Below, piece after piece: positions 19,590 through 29,078 of a stretch of 64,000 nucleotides of DNA. Location: positions 110,219-174,218 of the forward strand of contig JABGRK010000010.1 of NCBI GenBank assembly GCA_018648325.1, read 5' to 3'. The notes under the pieces are model-generated. The model had not been told where the DNA came from. It searched no databases and worked only from the letters and a program-made list of their open reading frames with translations. This stretch comes from Chloroflexota bacterium (lineage in GTDB: Bacteria; Chloroflexota; Dehalococcoidia; JABGRK01). The translations under genes were made by a program, and so were the position numbers. Positions within the stretch are counted from its first letter, which is position 1. The number at the start of each line of letters is the position of its first letter.

Positions 19590-20907
19590 TGATGAGGACA
19601 TAGAGTATTCTTGCGAAAAATGTAAAGATCAGGGTTGGCTGAGCTATGATGTGCCCTATGGCGACATCAATTTCGGCAAGCTGTTCCCCTGCGAGTGCAA
19701 ACAGCAGGAAATGAGTGCCGGCAGGCAGGCCAGGCTTGAACGCTACAGCAACTTGGGACCACTGACTCATCTCACATTTGAAACACTTATAGAAACGGGT
19801 CGCAGCAGCGATCCCAAAAACCAGGAGCTGTTCAAAAAAGCGCTGGCAGCTACAAAAGCCTTCGCCAAAAAACCTGATGGCTGGCTGGTACTCACCGGCA
19901 GCAGCGGTAGCGGCAAAACACATCTGGCTGCATCCGTGGCCAACAACCTGATAAAGGCAGGACAACCCGCGCTTTTCATCGTAGTTCCAGACCTACTTGA
20001 CCACCTGCGTTCGACCTTCAGCCCCGGCAGTGAGATATCATACGACGAACTTTTTAATCAGGTATTAAATGCTCCACTATTGATACTGGACGATCTGGGC
20101 ACGCAGAGCAGTACGGCCTGGGCACAGGAAAAACTGTTTCAAATAGTAAACAATCGTTTTAACTCCAAACTGCCCACTATATTTACCACCAACCTTATGC
20201 CGGAAGAACTGCCGGAAAGACTACGCACCAGACTAACCGATGTAACTTTGTCACAAGTGTTCCTGGTAGGAGAAAGTCAGCATCCGTTAATGACCAACAT
20301 AAGCCCTCTCGAACTCTCCCTGCTTAAAACTATGACGTTCGATAATTTTGATTCACAACGCCTGGATCTGCCATCCGATCAGAGACAAAACATAGAATTA
20401 GCTTTCAGGAGAGCTCATAATTATGCGCAAAAGCCTGAGGGTTGGCAGATTTTAGTGGGAACCCACGGCTGCGGAAAAACCCACCTCGCTGCTGCCATTG
20501 CCAACTATAGATTACAGTCCGGACATCCAGTCGAGTTTCAGATAGTGCCTGAATTCCTGGATCATCTGCGATTCACCTTCGATCCCGGCAGTAAGATCAC
20601 CTATGACAGCCTGTTCGAAAGAGTAAAAAAGGCGCCACTTTTAGTTCTGGACGATATCGGCGCCCAGACCAGCACACCATGGGCGCAGGAAAAGCTGTAC
20701 CAGGTTATAAACTATCGCTACAATGATAAACTACCTACAGTATTTACTACCGTACTCGATCTCGAAGAGCTTGAAGACCGGCTTAGCTCACGCATGATGG
20801 ACACCTCCCTCAGCAATATGTTCCACATAATGGCCCCCGACTATAGATCTGATCGCGAACCAAAAAGGCCCTCAATAAAACAAAAAGGCAAAGGCAAGCA
20901 AAAGTAA
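19516..20907 (+). CDS. DnaC/DnaI/IstB-like helicase loader with two tandem AAA+ domains
   Basis: N-terminal CxxC..CxC; two Walker A (GSSGSGKT, GTHGCGKT) and two Walker B (LILDDLG, LVLDDIG). Confidence 0.85.
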   Translation: MEKLDKILKKTSISKANTPTSTNADDEDIEYSCEKCKDQGWLSYDVPYGDINFGKLFPCECKQQEMSAGRQARLERYSNLGPLTHLTFETLIETGRSSDPKNQELFKKALAATKAFAKKPDGWLVLTGSSGSGKTHLAASVANNLIKAGQPALFIVVPDLLDHLRSTFSPGSEISYDELFNQVLNAPLLILDDLGTQSSTAWAQEKLFQIVNNRFNSKLPTIFTTNLMPEELPERLRTRLTDVTLSQVFLVGESQHPLMTNISPLELSLLKTMTFDNFDSQRLDLPSDQRQNIELAFRRAHNYAQKPEGWQILVGTHGCGKTHLAAAIANYRLQSGHPVEFQIVPEFLDHLRFTFDPGSKITYDSLFERVKKAPLLVLDDIGAQTSTPWAQEKLYQVINYRYNDKLPTVFTTVLDLEELEDRLSSRMMDTSLSNMFHIMAPDYRSDREPKRPSIKQKGKGKQK

Positions 20908-20993
20908 GCAAACTGCGCGCCTCACTCGCAAAAGCAGATAATGTTTTGATAATGACAACCCTCCTTGACTACTAGAGCTCAACCTGTTATTAT

Positions 20994-21014
20994 TGCTAAT
21001 AGGAATTATTTGCA
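20994..21014 (+). promoter_or_regulatory. Fur-box-like operator overlapping the fur promoter
   Basis: TGCTAATAGGAATTATTTGCA within a TTATTGC...GCAATAA inverted repeat; 12/19 to the classical Fur box; upstream TTGACT...TATTAT promoter. Confidence 0.65.
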
Positions 21015-21035
21015 ATAAGGTTTTAAAGACAGGTT

Positions 21036-21455
21036 ATGCAAAGTAACGACACAAAAACAGACAAGTTACCCGTCAAGAGGAATACCAGTCAGCGCAAGCT
21101 TCTGCTGGAAATACTCAATAAGGCCGACGGGCACCTGGATGCAGATGAACTATTCAGGCGTGCCAAGCTGCAAGAGCCGCACATAAGCTTGTCCACCGTC
21201 TACCGCACCCTGAGGCTATTTAAAGAAATGGGCGTGATAACGGAAAGACACTTTATTGAAGAGCACCACCACTACGAGGTAAAGCCCAAATCAGATCATC
21301 ATCATTTACTATGCGCTGGGTGCGGGCAGGTGGTTGAGTTCGATCTGGAGCAGATAAGCAAGATAGCAAAGAAAATAGGGCTTGAGCACGATTTTGAAGT
21401 AACAGGCTGTGACCTTCATATAGAGGGATATTGCCCCTCCTGCAAAAAGACCTGA
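21036..21455 (+). CDS. fur: Fur-family transcriptional repressor
   Basis: TSQRKLLL, HLDADEL, SLSTVYRTL, HHHLLCAGCG, GYCPSC. Confidence 0.88.
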   Translation: MQSNDTKTDKLPVKRNTSQRKLLLEILNKADGHLDADELFRRAKLQEPHISLSTVYRTLRLFKEMGVITERHFIEEHHHYEVKPKSDHHHLLCAGCGQVVEFDLEQISKIAKKIGLEHDFEVTGCDLHIEGYCPSCKKT

Positions 21456-21508
21456 GGAAACTGGATTTATATAAAAAGGATGTCTACTTTATTTTTCGTA
21501 CATATTAA

Positions 21509-21529
21509 TGCAAATGATTCTTATTATCA
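21509..21529 (+). promoter_or_regulatory. Fur box upstream of the feo/FTR1 operon
   Basis: TGCAAATGATTCTTATTATCA; 14/19 match to GATAATGATAATCATTATC. Confidence 0.7.
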
Positions 21530-21544
21530 TTAAGCACGATTGAA

Positions 21545-22138
21545 ATGAGCAGAAACGCAATGAAAATTAATATCCTACCAAAAATTCTAAACAGAGGAAA
21601 AAGCGCCGGTTCATGCCACACCGAAGATGAACTTTCCGATAATACGGGCATCGCAAAGGTAGCCATAGTCGGGACGCCAAACGTCGGAAAGAGCGTCATT
21701 TTCAACCGGCTGACCGGCCGCCACGCCACTATCTCGAACTACCCGGGCACAACCGTGACCATGTCCAGAGGAAAAATCAAAATCGCTGACATAGAAATGG
21801 AGATTGTTGACACCCCCGGCATGTACTCCCTGCTACCTATTACGGAGGAAGAGCGCGTAGCCAGATCAATTCTGCTTGAGGAAAAACCCAATCTGGTTAT
21901 GCATGTGGTAGACGGCAAAAATCTGGGACGTATGCTGCCCTTTACAATGCAGCTTATTGAGGCGGAACTAAATACGCTTCTGGTGCTCAACATGATGGAC
22001 GAAACCGAAGCTGCCGGAATAGAAATTGATATTAACGAACTGGAAAGCCAACTGGGGATACCTGTAGTCAGCACAGTGGCCACACGAAGCCACGGTATCG
22101 ATAACCTGAAAATAAAAATTGAAGAAGCATTTAAATAA
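21545..22138 (+). CDS. feoB: Stand-alone FeoB GTPase (N-terminal) domain
   Basis: GTPNVGKS, NYPGTTV, DTPGMYSL, LNMMDE; ends with TAA after the G domain. Confidence 0.88.
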   Translation: MSRNAMKINILPKILNRGKSAGSCHTEDELSDNTGIAKVAIVGTPNVGKSVIFNRLTGRHATISNYPGTTVTMSRGKIKIADIEMEIVDTPGMYSLLPITEEERVARSILLEEKPNLVMHVVDGKNLGRMLPFTMQLIEAELNTLLVLNMMDETEAAGIEIDINELESQLGIPVVSTVATRSHGIDNLKIKIEEAFK

Positions 22139-22151
22139 GGAGAACCAAACA

Positions 22152-23003
22152 ATGATTGCATCAATGTTAATAACGCTGCGGGAAGGGCTGGAAGCAGCAT
22201 TAATAATAGGCATAATTCTGGCTTATCTGGCCAAAACCGGAAACAGGCAAGCCTTCAAGCCAGTATGGATCGGCGTTGCGCTGGCAGTTGCTGTAAGCAT
22301 GATTGTCGGCGGGATCATTTTCTGGACAGCTGGTGAATTCAGCGGCAAAGGCGAGGAGATATTCGAGGGAATCGCCATGTTCGTAGCCGTGGGCGTGCTC
22401 ACCTGGATGATATTCTGGATGCGCAAACAGGCGGCGGGTATTAAAGCTCATCTGCATTCTCAAATCGATTCGGCACTTGGTAATAACTCGATAAAAGCCC
22501 TTGTCATACTAGCCTTTGTGGTTGTAGTACGAGAAGGAATTGAAACGGCGCTGTTCCTGTTTGCCTCAACACGGGTTTCAGAATCAACCGAGTCCTCACT
22601 TATAGGCGGACTTATCGGACTGGCCATTGCCATTGCTATAGGATACGCTTTCTATCGCGGAAGCGCCAGGCTCAACCTTAAAACCATCTTTAACGTAACC
22701 GGATTGCTGCTGATCGTATTTGCGGCAGGGCTTCTGGCTCACGGTATCCATGAATTCCACGAGGCCGGTCTCATACCTACGGGAATTGAACATGTGTGGA
22801 ATATCAATCATATCATCGATGAGAAATCCACCGTAGGCGCCTTCCTCAAGGCACTCGTGGGTTACAATGGCAATCCATCACTCGTTGAGGTAATAGCATA
22901 CGTCGTGTTTCTGACAACAGCACTAGCGGCATTCCTGCGCCCATGGAAGTACATACGACGGCAGAAAAGCAACGTGTACCAGATACAAAAACAAGTCAGA
23001 TAA
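22152..23003 (+). CDS. FTR1/EfeU-family iron permease
   Basis: Two REGxE motifs (LREGLEA, VREGIET); about 7 TM; SD AGGAG. Confidence 0.9.
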   Translation: MIASMLITLREGLEAALIIGIILAYLAKTGNRQAFKPVWIGVALAVAVSMIVGGIIFWTAGEFSGKGEEIFEGIAMFVAVGVLTWMIFWMRKQAAGIKAHLHSQIDSALGNNSIKALVILAFVVVVREGIETALFLFASTRVSESTESSLIGGLIGLAIAIAIGYAFYRGSARLNLKTIFNVTGLLLIVFAAGLLAHGIHEFHEAGLIPTGIEHVWNINHIIDEKSTVGAFLKALVGYNGNPSLVEVIAYVVFLTTALAAFLRPWKYIRRQKSNVYQIQKQVR

Positions 23004-23021
23004 GAAAGATACAGATGTAAT

Positions 23022-24479
23022 ATGCTTAAAGATGCACCAAAGCAAATCGTATACGGCGCAGCAATAGAATCGGCCATCGACAGCATCCAAAAACTGCTGG
23101 CGGGCAATTATGCCGTTTCCAAAAAGGCCATCGCCATACTGCTGTTGCAGGGCGATACTGAGATAGCAGACAAGGTTAAAGCCCGTGAAGGCGATCACTT
23201 CGAGCGCATTACTGAGATAATATCGCAGGCTCAGTCCGGCTATGGACAAGAGCTCAGCTACGTAATGGCCATGAGCCGCCAGCAACATGCGCGCGATATT
23301 CTGGCAAAAACAGTTGTCAGCCAACCAAAAATAGGTAAGGGGTTTGCCGAAAGACTGAGTCGCATTACCATGCATCCGGTAACCGGCATACCCATTCTTA
23401 TCGCCGTACTCTATGTAGGCCTGTACTGGTTCGTGGGTGTATTCGGAGCAGGCACACTTGTCGGACTGCTTGAAGAAAATCTTTTCCAAGATTGGCTCAA
23501 TCCATTGCTGTTGGACGCCTTTGAATGGCTCATTCCTGTCGATTGGTTAAGAAATCTGTTTGTGGGAGAGTTCGGTATTTTTACCATGGGTCTTACCTAT
23601 GCCTTCGCCATAATCCTGCCGATAGTGGGCACCTTCTTTATCGTTTTCTCAATTATCGAAGACAGCGGTTACCTGCCACGGCTGGCCATGCTGCTGGATC
23701 GAATATTCAAGAAGATCGGCCTTTCCGGCCGTGCTGTAATCCCTATGGTTCTAGGATTGGGTTGCGACACCATGGCAACCATCGTCACCAGAACGCAGGA
23801 AACCAAGCGGGAACGCATCATCACTACTCTTCTGCTGGCCCTTGCCATCCCCTGCTCGGCACAGCTCGGGGTCATCCTGGGTATTCTGTCCACCAATGGG
23901 ATGGCACTTCTCATCTGGATTATTACCATGCTTTTTGTACTGCTACTGATAGGCTATCTTGCATCCAAGGTAATACCCGGAAAAAAAACCAATTTTTACA
24001 TGGAAATCCCGCCTCTAAGGCTACCCAGACTCTCCAATGTACTGGCCAAAACCTATGCCCGGCTGCAGTGGTATTTAAAAGAGGTTGTGCCCTTTTTCGT
24101 GCTGGCCAGTTTTGTCCTGTGGCTGGGTGATCTAACCGGCGTCTTCGATTACGTGATCAAAGGGCTGGAGCCTATAGTCAGAGGCATCGGCCTGCCCAAT
24201 GAAACATCAGAGGTTTTCCTGATAGGCTTTTTCAGACGTGACTTCGGTGCTGCCGGACTGTATACAATGGTCGAAGACGGATTAATTGCCGGAGTGCCGC
24301 TGGTAGTGGCGGCGGTTACACTCACCTTGTTCGTTCCCTGCATAGCCCAATTCCTGGTCATGATAAAAGAAAGAGGCAAAAAGGTGGCGCTGGCCATAAC
24401 CGCGTTTGTATTCCCCTTTGCCTTCTTTGTGGGATTCTTGCTTAATACAATCTTGAATGCACTGGGGATTAAACTATGA
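23022..24479 (+). CDS. feoB: FeoB helical plus membrane (gate) domain
   Basis: EDSGYLPRLA, GLSGRAVIPMVLGLGC, AIPCSAQ, FYMEIPPLRLP, LFVPCIA. Confidence 0.9.
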   Translation: MLKDAPKQIVYGAAIESAIDSIQKLLAGNYAVSKKAIAILLLQGDTEIADKVKAREGDHFERITEIISQAQSGYGQELSYVMAMSRQQHARDILAKTVVSQPKIGKGFAERLSRITMHPVTGIPILIAVLYVGLYWFVGVFGAGTLVGLLEENLFQDWLNPLLLDAFEWLIPVDWLRNLFVGEFGIFTMGLTYAFAIILPIVGTFFIVFSIIEDSGYLPRLAMLLDRIFKKIGLSGRAVIPMVLGLGCDTMATIVTRTQETKRERIITTLLLALAIPCSAQLGVILGILSTNGMALLIWIITMLFVLLLIGYLASKVIPGKKTNFYMEIPPLRLPRLSNVLAKTYARLQWYLKEVVPFFVLASFVLWLGDLTGVFDYVIKGLEPIVRGIGLPNETSEVFLIGFFRRDFGAAGLYTMVEDGLIAGVPLVVAAVTLTLFVPCIAQFLVMIKERGKKVALAITAFVFPFAFFVGFLLNTILNALGIKL

Positions 24480-24670
24480 AATGTGCACTATGCGGATTTG
24501 AATTTGCTGAAGACGACGCTCAAGCATCCTGCAAGGGATGTCCGGTTTCCCGTGGCTGCAACATGGTAAAATGTCCCAACTGCGGCTATGAGGAACCCAA
24601 AGAACCGCGACTGGTTAAAATTATACGTAGACTATTTAAGGGCCGGAGGAAAAGTAAAAATGCAACTTGA
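24476..24670 (+). CDS. Small Cys-rich (putative metal-binding) Feo-associated protein
   Basis: CALCG...CKGCP...GC..VKCPNCGY; ATGA overlap with the upstream gene. Confidence 0.7.
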   Translation: MKCALCGFEFAEDDAQASCKGCPVSRGCNMVKCPNCGYEEPKEPRLVKIIRRLFKGRRKSKNAT

Positions 24671-25397
24671 AGAAAATACAGAAGAACTTCTGGAAACCCT
24701 GTGGATTCGCCAGAAAGAAAAGAAAAGTCTTCCCTCCGTAGAGGAACTTGCAGATAACAAGCCTATATTGGATAAACTGCTTGATGAAGGATACGTATCG
24801 GTTGCCGATAACAAGGTGTCGCTAACTAAAAAAGGCCTGCCCGAGGCAAAAAGCGTTATTCGCCGGCACAGACTAGCCGAACGCCTGCTTTACGATGTAC
24901 TAGGAACCAGCGATATGCTACTGCATGATAAAGCCTGCAAGTTTGAACATCTGCTCGACCGCGGGCTGGACGAAAGCATATGCATCCTGCTGGGGCACCC
25001 CAAGGTCTGCCCGCACGGTAAAGCTATACCTGCCGGTAATTGCTGCAAACAGCAAAAAACCCAGGCTCAAAAAGTGGTATATCCGCTTTCACAACTCTCA
25101 AGCGGACAACATGGCAAAGTTGCCTATATACATGCGCCGGAGACGGGCCAACTGCAAAAGCTCATGTCTATGGGAGTGCTGCCGGGTGAGCCGATCAAAC
25201 TGGTTCAAAGTTTCCCCTCATACGTTTTCGAGGTTCGCCACAGCCAGTTTGCAGCAGATGATGACATAGCACAGGCCATCTACGTGCGCCTGCCCGGACA
25301 GGAAGAGCTTGTTGGTAAAGAAGAAACGAGCACATCAGAAACAAACGCTTCCCCCAAAAAACGCGGATTGTGGAACACGCTACTGCGCCGGGATTAA
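24660..25397 (+). CDS. DtxR/MntR-like metal-binding protein fused to a C-terminal FeoA domain
   Basis: RRHRLAERLL, ACKFEH, LGHPKVCPHGKAIP, then FeoA KLMSMGVLPG; SD GGAGG. Confidence 0.85.
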   Translation: MQLEENTEELLETLWIRQKEKKSLPSVEELADNKPILDKLLDEGYVSVADNKVSLTKKGLPEAKSVIRRHRLAERLLYDVLGTSDMLLHDKACKFEHLLDRGLDESICILLGHPKVCPHGKAIPAGNCCKQQKTQAQKVVYPLSQLSSGQHGKVAYIHAPETGQLQKLMSMGVLPGEPIKLVQSFPSYVFEVRHSQFAADDDIAQAIYVRLPGQEELVGKEETSTSETNASPKKRGLWNTLLRRD

Positions 25398-25404
25398 TCC
25401 CGGT

Positions 25405-26274
25405 TTACTTATAATCCTTATGCTGCTCTTTATGCATAACCAAATAAATAAGTATCGGAACGCATACCAACATTATCACCAGCGTAGCTACCTGCGCCTG
25501 CTTTAGTGATCCCAGGTATGGATCGTTTACCCGCAGGAATGTAATCATAAAGCGCCCCAGCGAGTACATAGACAAATACAGCATGTAGGAAACACCCGCT
25601 GGCCGCAGTTTTTTGCGGAAAACCAGAAGCACGGCAAGCACCAGCATATCCCATATAAACTCATATACCGGTGTCGGATGTCCTACATAACTGGCCGACT
25701 CTTGAATCTGCCGATTAGAATGAGTGTACATAAGCCCCCATGGTAACCCGGTCGCGGTGCCCCATGCATCACCGTTTATAAAACAGCCGATTCTGCCAAT
25801 AGCCATGCCCAAAATCGAGCCTGGAGCAGCAATGTCAGCGATTCTAACCAGCTTCGTCCAGCTCCACCCGGCTATTCTTGCATATATCATCCCACCAATA
25901 GCTGCGCCAACAACGACTCCCACAATACTGGAGCCCTGCCATATACTAAATATAGCCTTAATATCTCCTGAATATATCTCCCACTGGTCAACAACATGGA
26001 ACACCCGTGAGAAAACAATGCCCCCAATCATAGCAGCAATGATGGGCCCGGCAAGTATCTCGATTCCATTACCGACTTTATCGGGATTCTGGCCTTTACT
26101 GATTGCATCTTCCCTGGCAAGCTGAACCGCAAGCCCGGTTTTTTTTGCCAGATATAATGTTAAAGCAAGTCCACCAAGCAATCCCAGAACCACCATAATC
26201 CCGTGCCACTCCAGAGGGTAACGCCCAAACAGCTCCGTAATTCTCGGGTCCATGCTAATAGTTATTGAATTCAT
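25405..26274 (-). CDS. lgt: Prolipoprotein diacylglyceryl transferase
   Basis: AIGRIGCFING, HPTPVYE, YSLGRFM, AQV motifs; multi-TM. Confidence 0.88.
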   Translation of the reverse strand: MNSITISMDPRITELFGRYPLEWHGIMVVLGLLGGLALTLYLAKKTGLAVQLAREDAISKGQNPDKVGNGIEILAGPIIAAMIGGIVFSRVFHVVDQWEIYSGDIKAIFSIWQGSSIVGVVVGAAIGGMIYARIAGWSWTKLVRIADIAAPGSILGMAIGRIGCFINGDAWGTATGLPWGLMYTHSNRQIQESASYVGHPTPVYEFIWDMLVLAVLLVFRKKLRPAGVSYMLYLSMYSLGRFMITFLRVNDPYLGSLKQAQVATLVIMLVCVPILIYLVMHKEQHKDYK

Positions 26275-26322
26275 TTTACCTGCCTTGCCTTGATCTCAAA
26301 CTATGCTATAATTTTAAATGCC

Positions 26323-26412
<90 letters not shown>

Positions 26413-26506
26413 TTTGTTTTTTTAAAAAACCCTTTCATTTACAGCCAGTTAATCTTATAATCTAATAAGTTAAAGTATAGCTAATAACAATCGAATAGAC
26501 AACCAG

Positions 26507-26596
<90 letters not shown>

Positions 26597-26719
26597 TTTT
26601 GTTTAGTCGATTGTTATACATCACTTCACAAATAGCGTCCAACCTGATATACTTCCTGAGGGCAAAAATAGAACCCATGCCCAATGTACATTCAACAACA
26701 TATTATCTGAGGGAAAATT

Positions 26720-28003
26720 ATGCCAGTAATAGCAGTTATCGGAGCACAATGGGGAGACGAGGGCAAAGGTAAAATCGTCGACCTGCTTGCCGAAAAAGCA
26801 AATATAGTAGCCCGTTTTGGTGGCGGGAGTAATGCCGGACATACCGTTGTAAATCCACAAGGTACGTTCAAATTGCGTCTTATTCCCTCCGGCATCTTTC
26901 ATACCAAGGCAACCTGCGTACTGGGCAACGGGCTTGCAATTGATCTAACCGCTTTTTTTGAAGAGCTTGCCATGCTTAAGGAAAGCGATATCCATCCATC
27001 CAATCTCTACATCAGCGATAAAGCGCATGTTATCATGCCCTACCACTATATTCTCGATGGACTGGAAGAAGAGGCAAAAGGCGCCAATGCAATAGGCACC
27101 ACGCGCAGGGGAATTGGCCCCATGTATGTGGATAAAGTATCACGTCTGGGAATACGCGTGGGCGATTTGCTGGATAAAGATGTGCTACGCTCAAGACTGG
27201 AACCGGTACTCAAACTCAAAAACGATATTATAACCAAGGTTTATGGTGATAAGCCCTTAAGCTTTGATGAAGTATACAAGCAATACTGCGACTTCGGGCA
27301 GCGCATTGCTCCGTTTGTTCGCGAAGTCGATAGTATGGTAATCGATGCACTGGATGCAGGAGAACTGGTCATGCTGGAGGGAGCGCAGGGCGCACTGCTG
27401 GACATCGACCATGGAACATATCCATTCGTTACATCATCATCTCCTATGATCGGTGGAGCCTGCACCGGCCTTGGCCTTAGTCCCTTGCGAATCGACCATA
27501 TCCTGGGCATTTTCAAGGCCTATACCACCCGCGTAGGGGCCGGCCCCATGCCCACCGAATCGCACGAAGAACCGGGCAACACTCTCCGCGAGAGGGGAAA
27601 TGAGTACGGAACCAATACTAAGCGGCCTCGCCGTTGCGGCTGGTTTGACGCAGTCATAAGCCGATATAGTGCGCAAATAAACGGTTTCAACCACGCCGCC
27701 CTTACCCGTCTGGATATTCTGGATACGTTTGAATCCATAAAGATTTGCACCGCCTACAAGGTAGGGGATGTTACCTACACACGCCCGCCTTCACTGCCCG
27801 GCCTGCTGGAGAAATGCGAGCCTGTTTATATAGAAATGCCGGGCTGGAACTGCGATATTACGAACATCAAGCGGTATGAAGACCTTCCCGCCGAAGCAAA
27901 GGCATACGCCAAAAAGATAGAGGAACTGCTGGGCTGCCCCATAAACCTGATCTCGGTAGGTTCTGCCCGTGAACAGACCATAGAGGTCAGCCCCATACTG
28001 TAG
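26720..28003 (+). CDS. purA: Adenylosuccinate synthetase
   Basis: GAQWGDEGKGK, GGSNAGHT, GTYPFVTSS, RPRRCGWFD. Confidence 0.97.
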   Translation: MPVIAVIGAQWGDEGKGKIVDLLAEKANIVARFGGGSNAGHTVVNPQGTFKLRLIPSGIFHTKATCVLGNGLAIDLTAFFEELAMLKESDIHPSNLYISDKAHVIMPYHYILDGLEEEAKGANAIGTTRRGIGPMYVDKVSRLGIRVGDLLDKDVLRSRLEPVLKLKNDIITKVYGDKPLSFDEVYKQYCDFGQRIAPFVREVDSMVIDALDAGELVMLEGAQGALLDIDHGTYPFVTSSSPMIGGACTGLGLSPLRIDHILGIFKAYTTRVGAGPMPTESHEEPGNTLRERGNEYGTNTKRPRRCGWFDAVISRYSAQINGFNHAALTRLDILDTFESIKICTAYKVGDVTYTRPPSLPGLLEKCEPVYIEMPGWNCDITNIKRYEDLPAEAKAYAKKIEELLGCPINLISVGSAREQTIEVSPIL

Positions 28004-28217
28004 TATCAGCACATAAAAGGCAAACCTCTTTTTGCCCAGATATCCTCTCCCCTGATCCGTTAATGATCTCCCCCCCTTCCAAATATGAGCCAACCCGTTC
28101 ACAAAAGTGATACTGTTTGACCCTGCCTGCGCCCTTCATTAGTGATACATATTAGATGTGATATGTTGCTTTAGACACACATAAACACTTAGCGCTATGT
28201 ATTTGGGGGAATTCGTA

Positions 28218-29059
28218 GTGAGAATTGCAAAAAACTTACTTCTGGGTTTACTGGTATTTGCGCTATGCGGCCTTTTTCAACCCATTATGATAACTCCTGC
28301 TTATGCCGCTGCTGGTGATCCAACCGTTGTAATTGATGACATACCGGAATACGTAAAATCTTATATACACACTCTTGTGCATATAAGTGGTACAGCATCA
28401 GGTTCCGATTTAAATGATGTTCAAGTGCAGATTCAAAAGAAACAGACAGTACTTATTGGGATGATACCAGTTGGCAGACGGAAGTAACTTGGAATAATGC
28501 CTCCGGAACATCTCAATGGTCATATGCAATGCCGATGCTTGTTGATGGGAATTACACTATTAAAGCCAAAGTTATAGATGGTGCAGGAAGTGCATCGTTA
28601 ATAGGTACTGATAGCTTTATATTTGATGCAACAGCCCCGACAATACCCACATCCCTGACGAAAACAACATCTGCTACCGACAATCCCCCAGCCTTCGCCT
28701 GGGATGCCGCTACTGACGCCACATCGGGAATAGCAGGATATGAAGTCAGGCTAGACTCCAAGCAAGGGAACAGGTGGCAGGACGGGCAATGGACCAGCGT
28801 AGGAAATAGAACCACTCATGCCTCCGGCAGAATCCTTGGCAGTGGTAGCTATACCTTTAATGTTCGAGCAGTGGACCATGCCGGAAACGCGAGTGATTCT
28901 ATCAGCTTGTCTTTTACATCAAGCGGTGGGGGCGGCTGTGGTGCCTCGGCAGTCGCAGCGTCAGCTGAAGATATTGGCTGGAGCTTCGGGCTTCTCGGTT
29001 TCCTGAGTGCATCCGGTTTATACGTTGGTCAGCGCCAGAAAAAACGTAAATCTAAATAG
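28218..29059 (+). pseudogene. Exported Ig-like/FN3 protein with C-terminal Gly-rich Cys-TM-basic sorting tail, frameshifted
   Basis: Signal peptide (…TPAYA). Frame change at 28435-28442; the second frame TDSTYWDDTSWQ...WSYAMP joins ORF 28529-29059, which ends SGGGGCG...TM...RQKKRKSK. Confidence 0.7.
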
Positions 29060-29078
29060 GCAGCGCGATACTATAAGC

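Noticed and set aside
19516-20907. IS21 element (IstB-like ATPase)
   Set aside because: No istA transposase or terminal repeats; the gene is embedded in the rplI-dnaB-dnaD operon.
22100-23060. feoB as a pseudogene disrupted by insertion
   Set aside because: Both halves end and start cleanly at domain boundaries with intact motifs; no mobile-element ends are visible.
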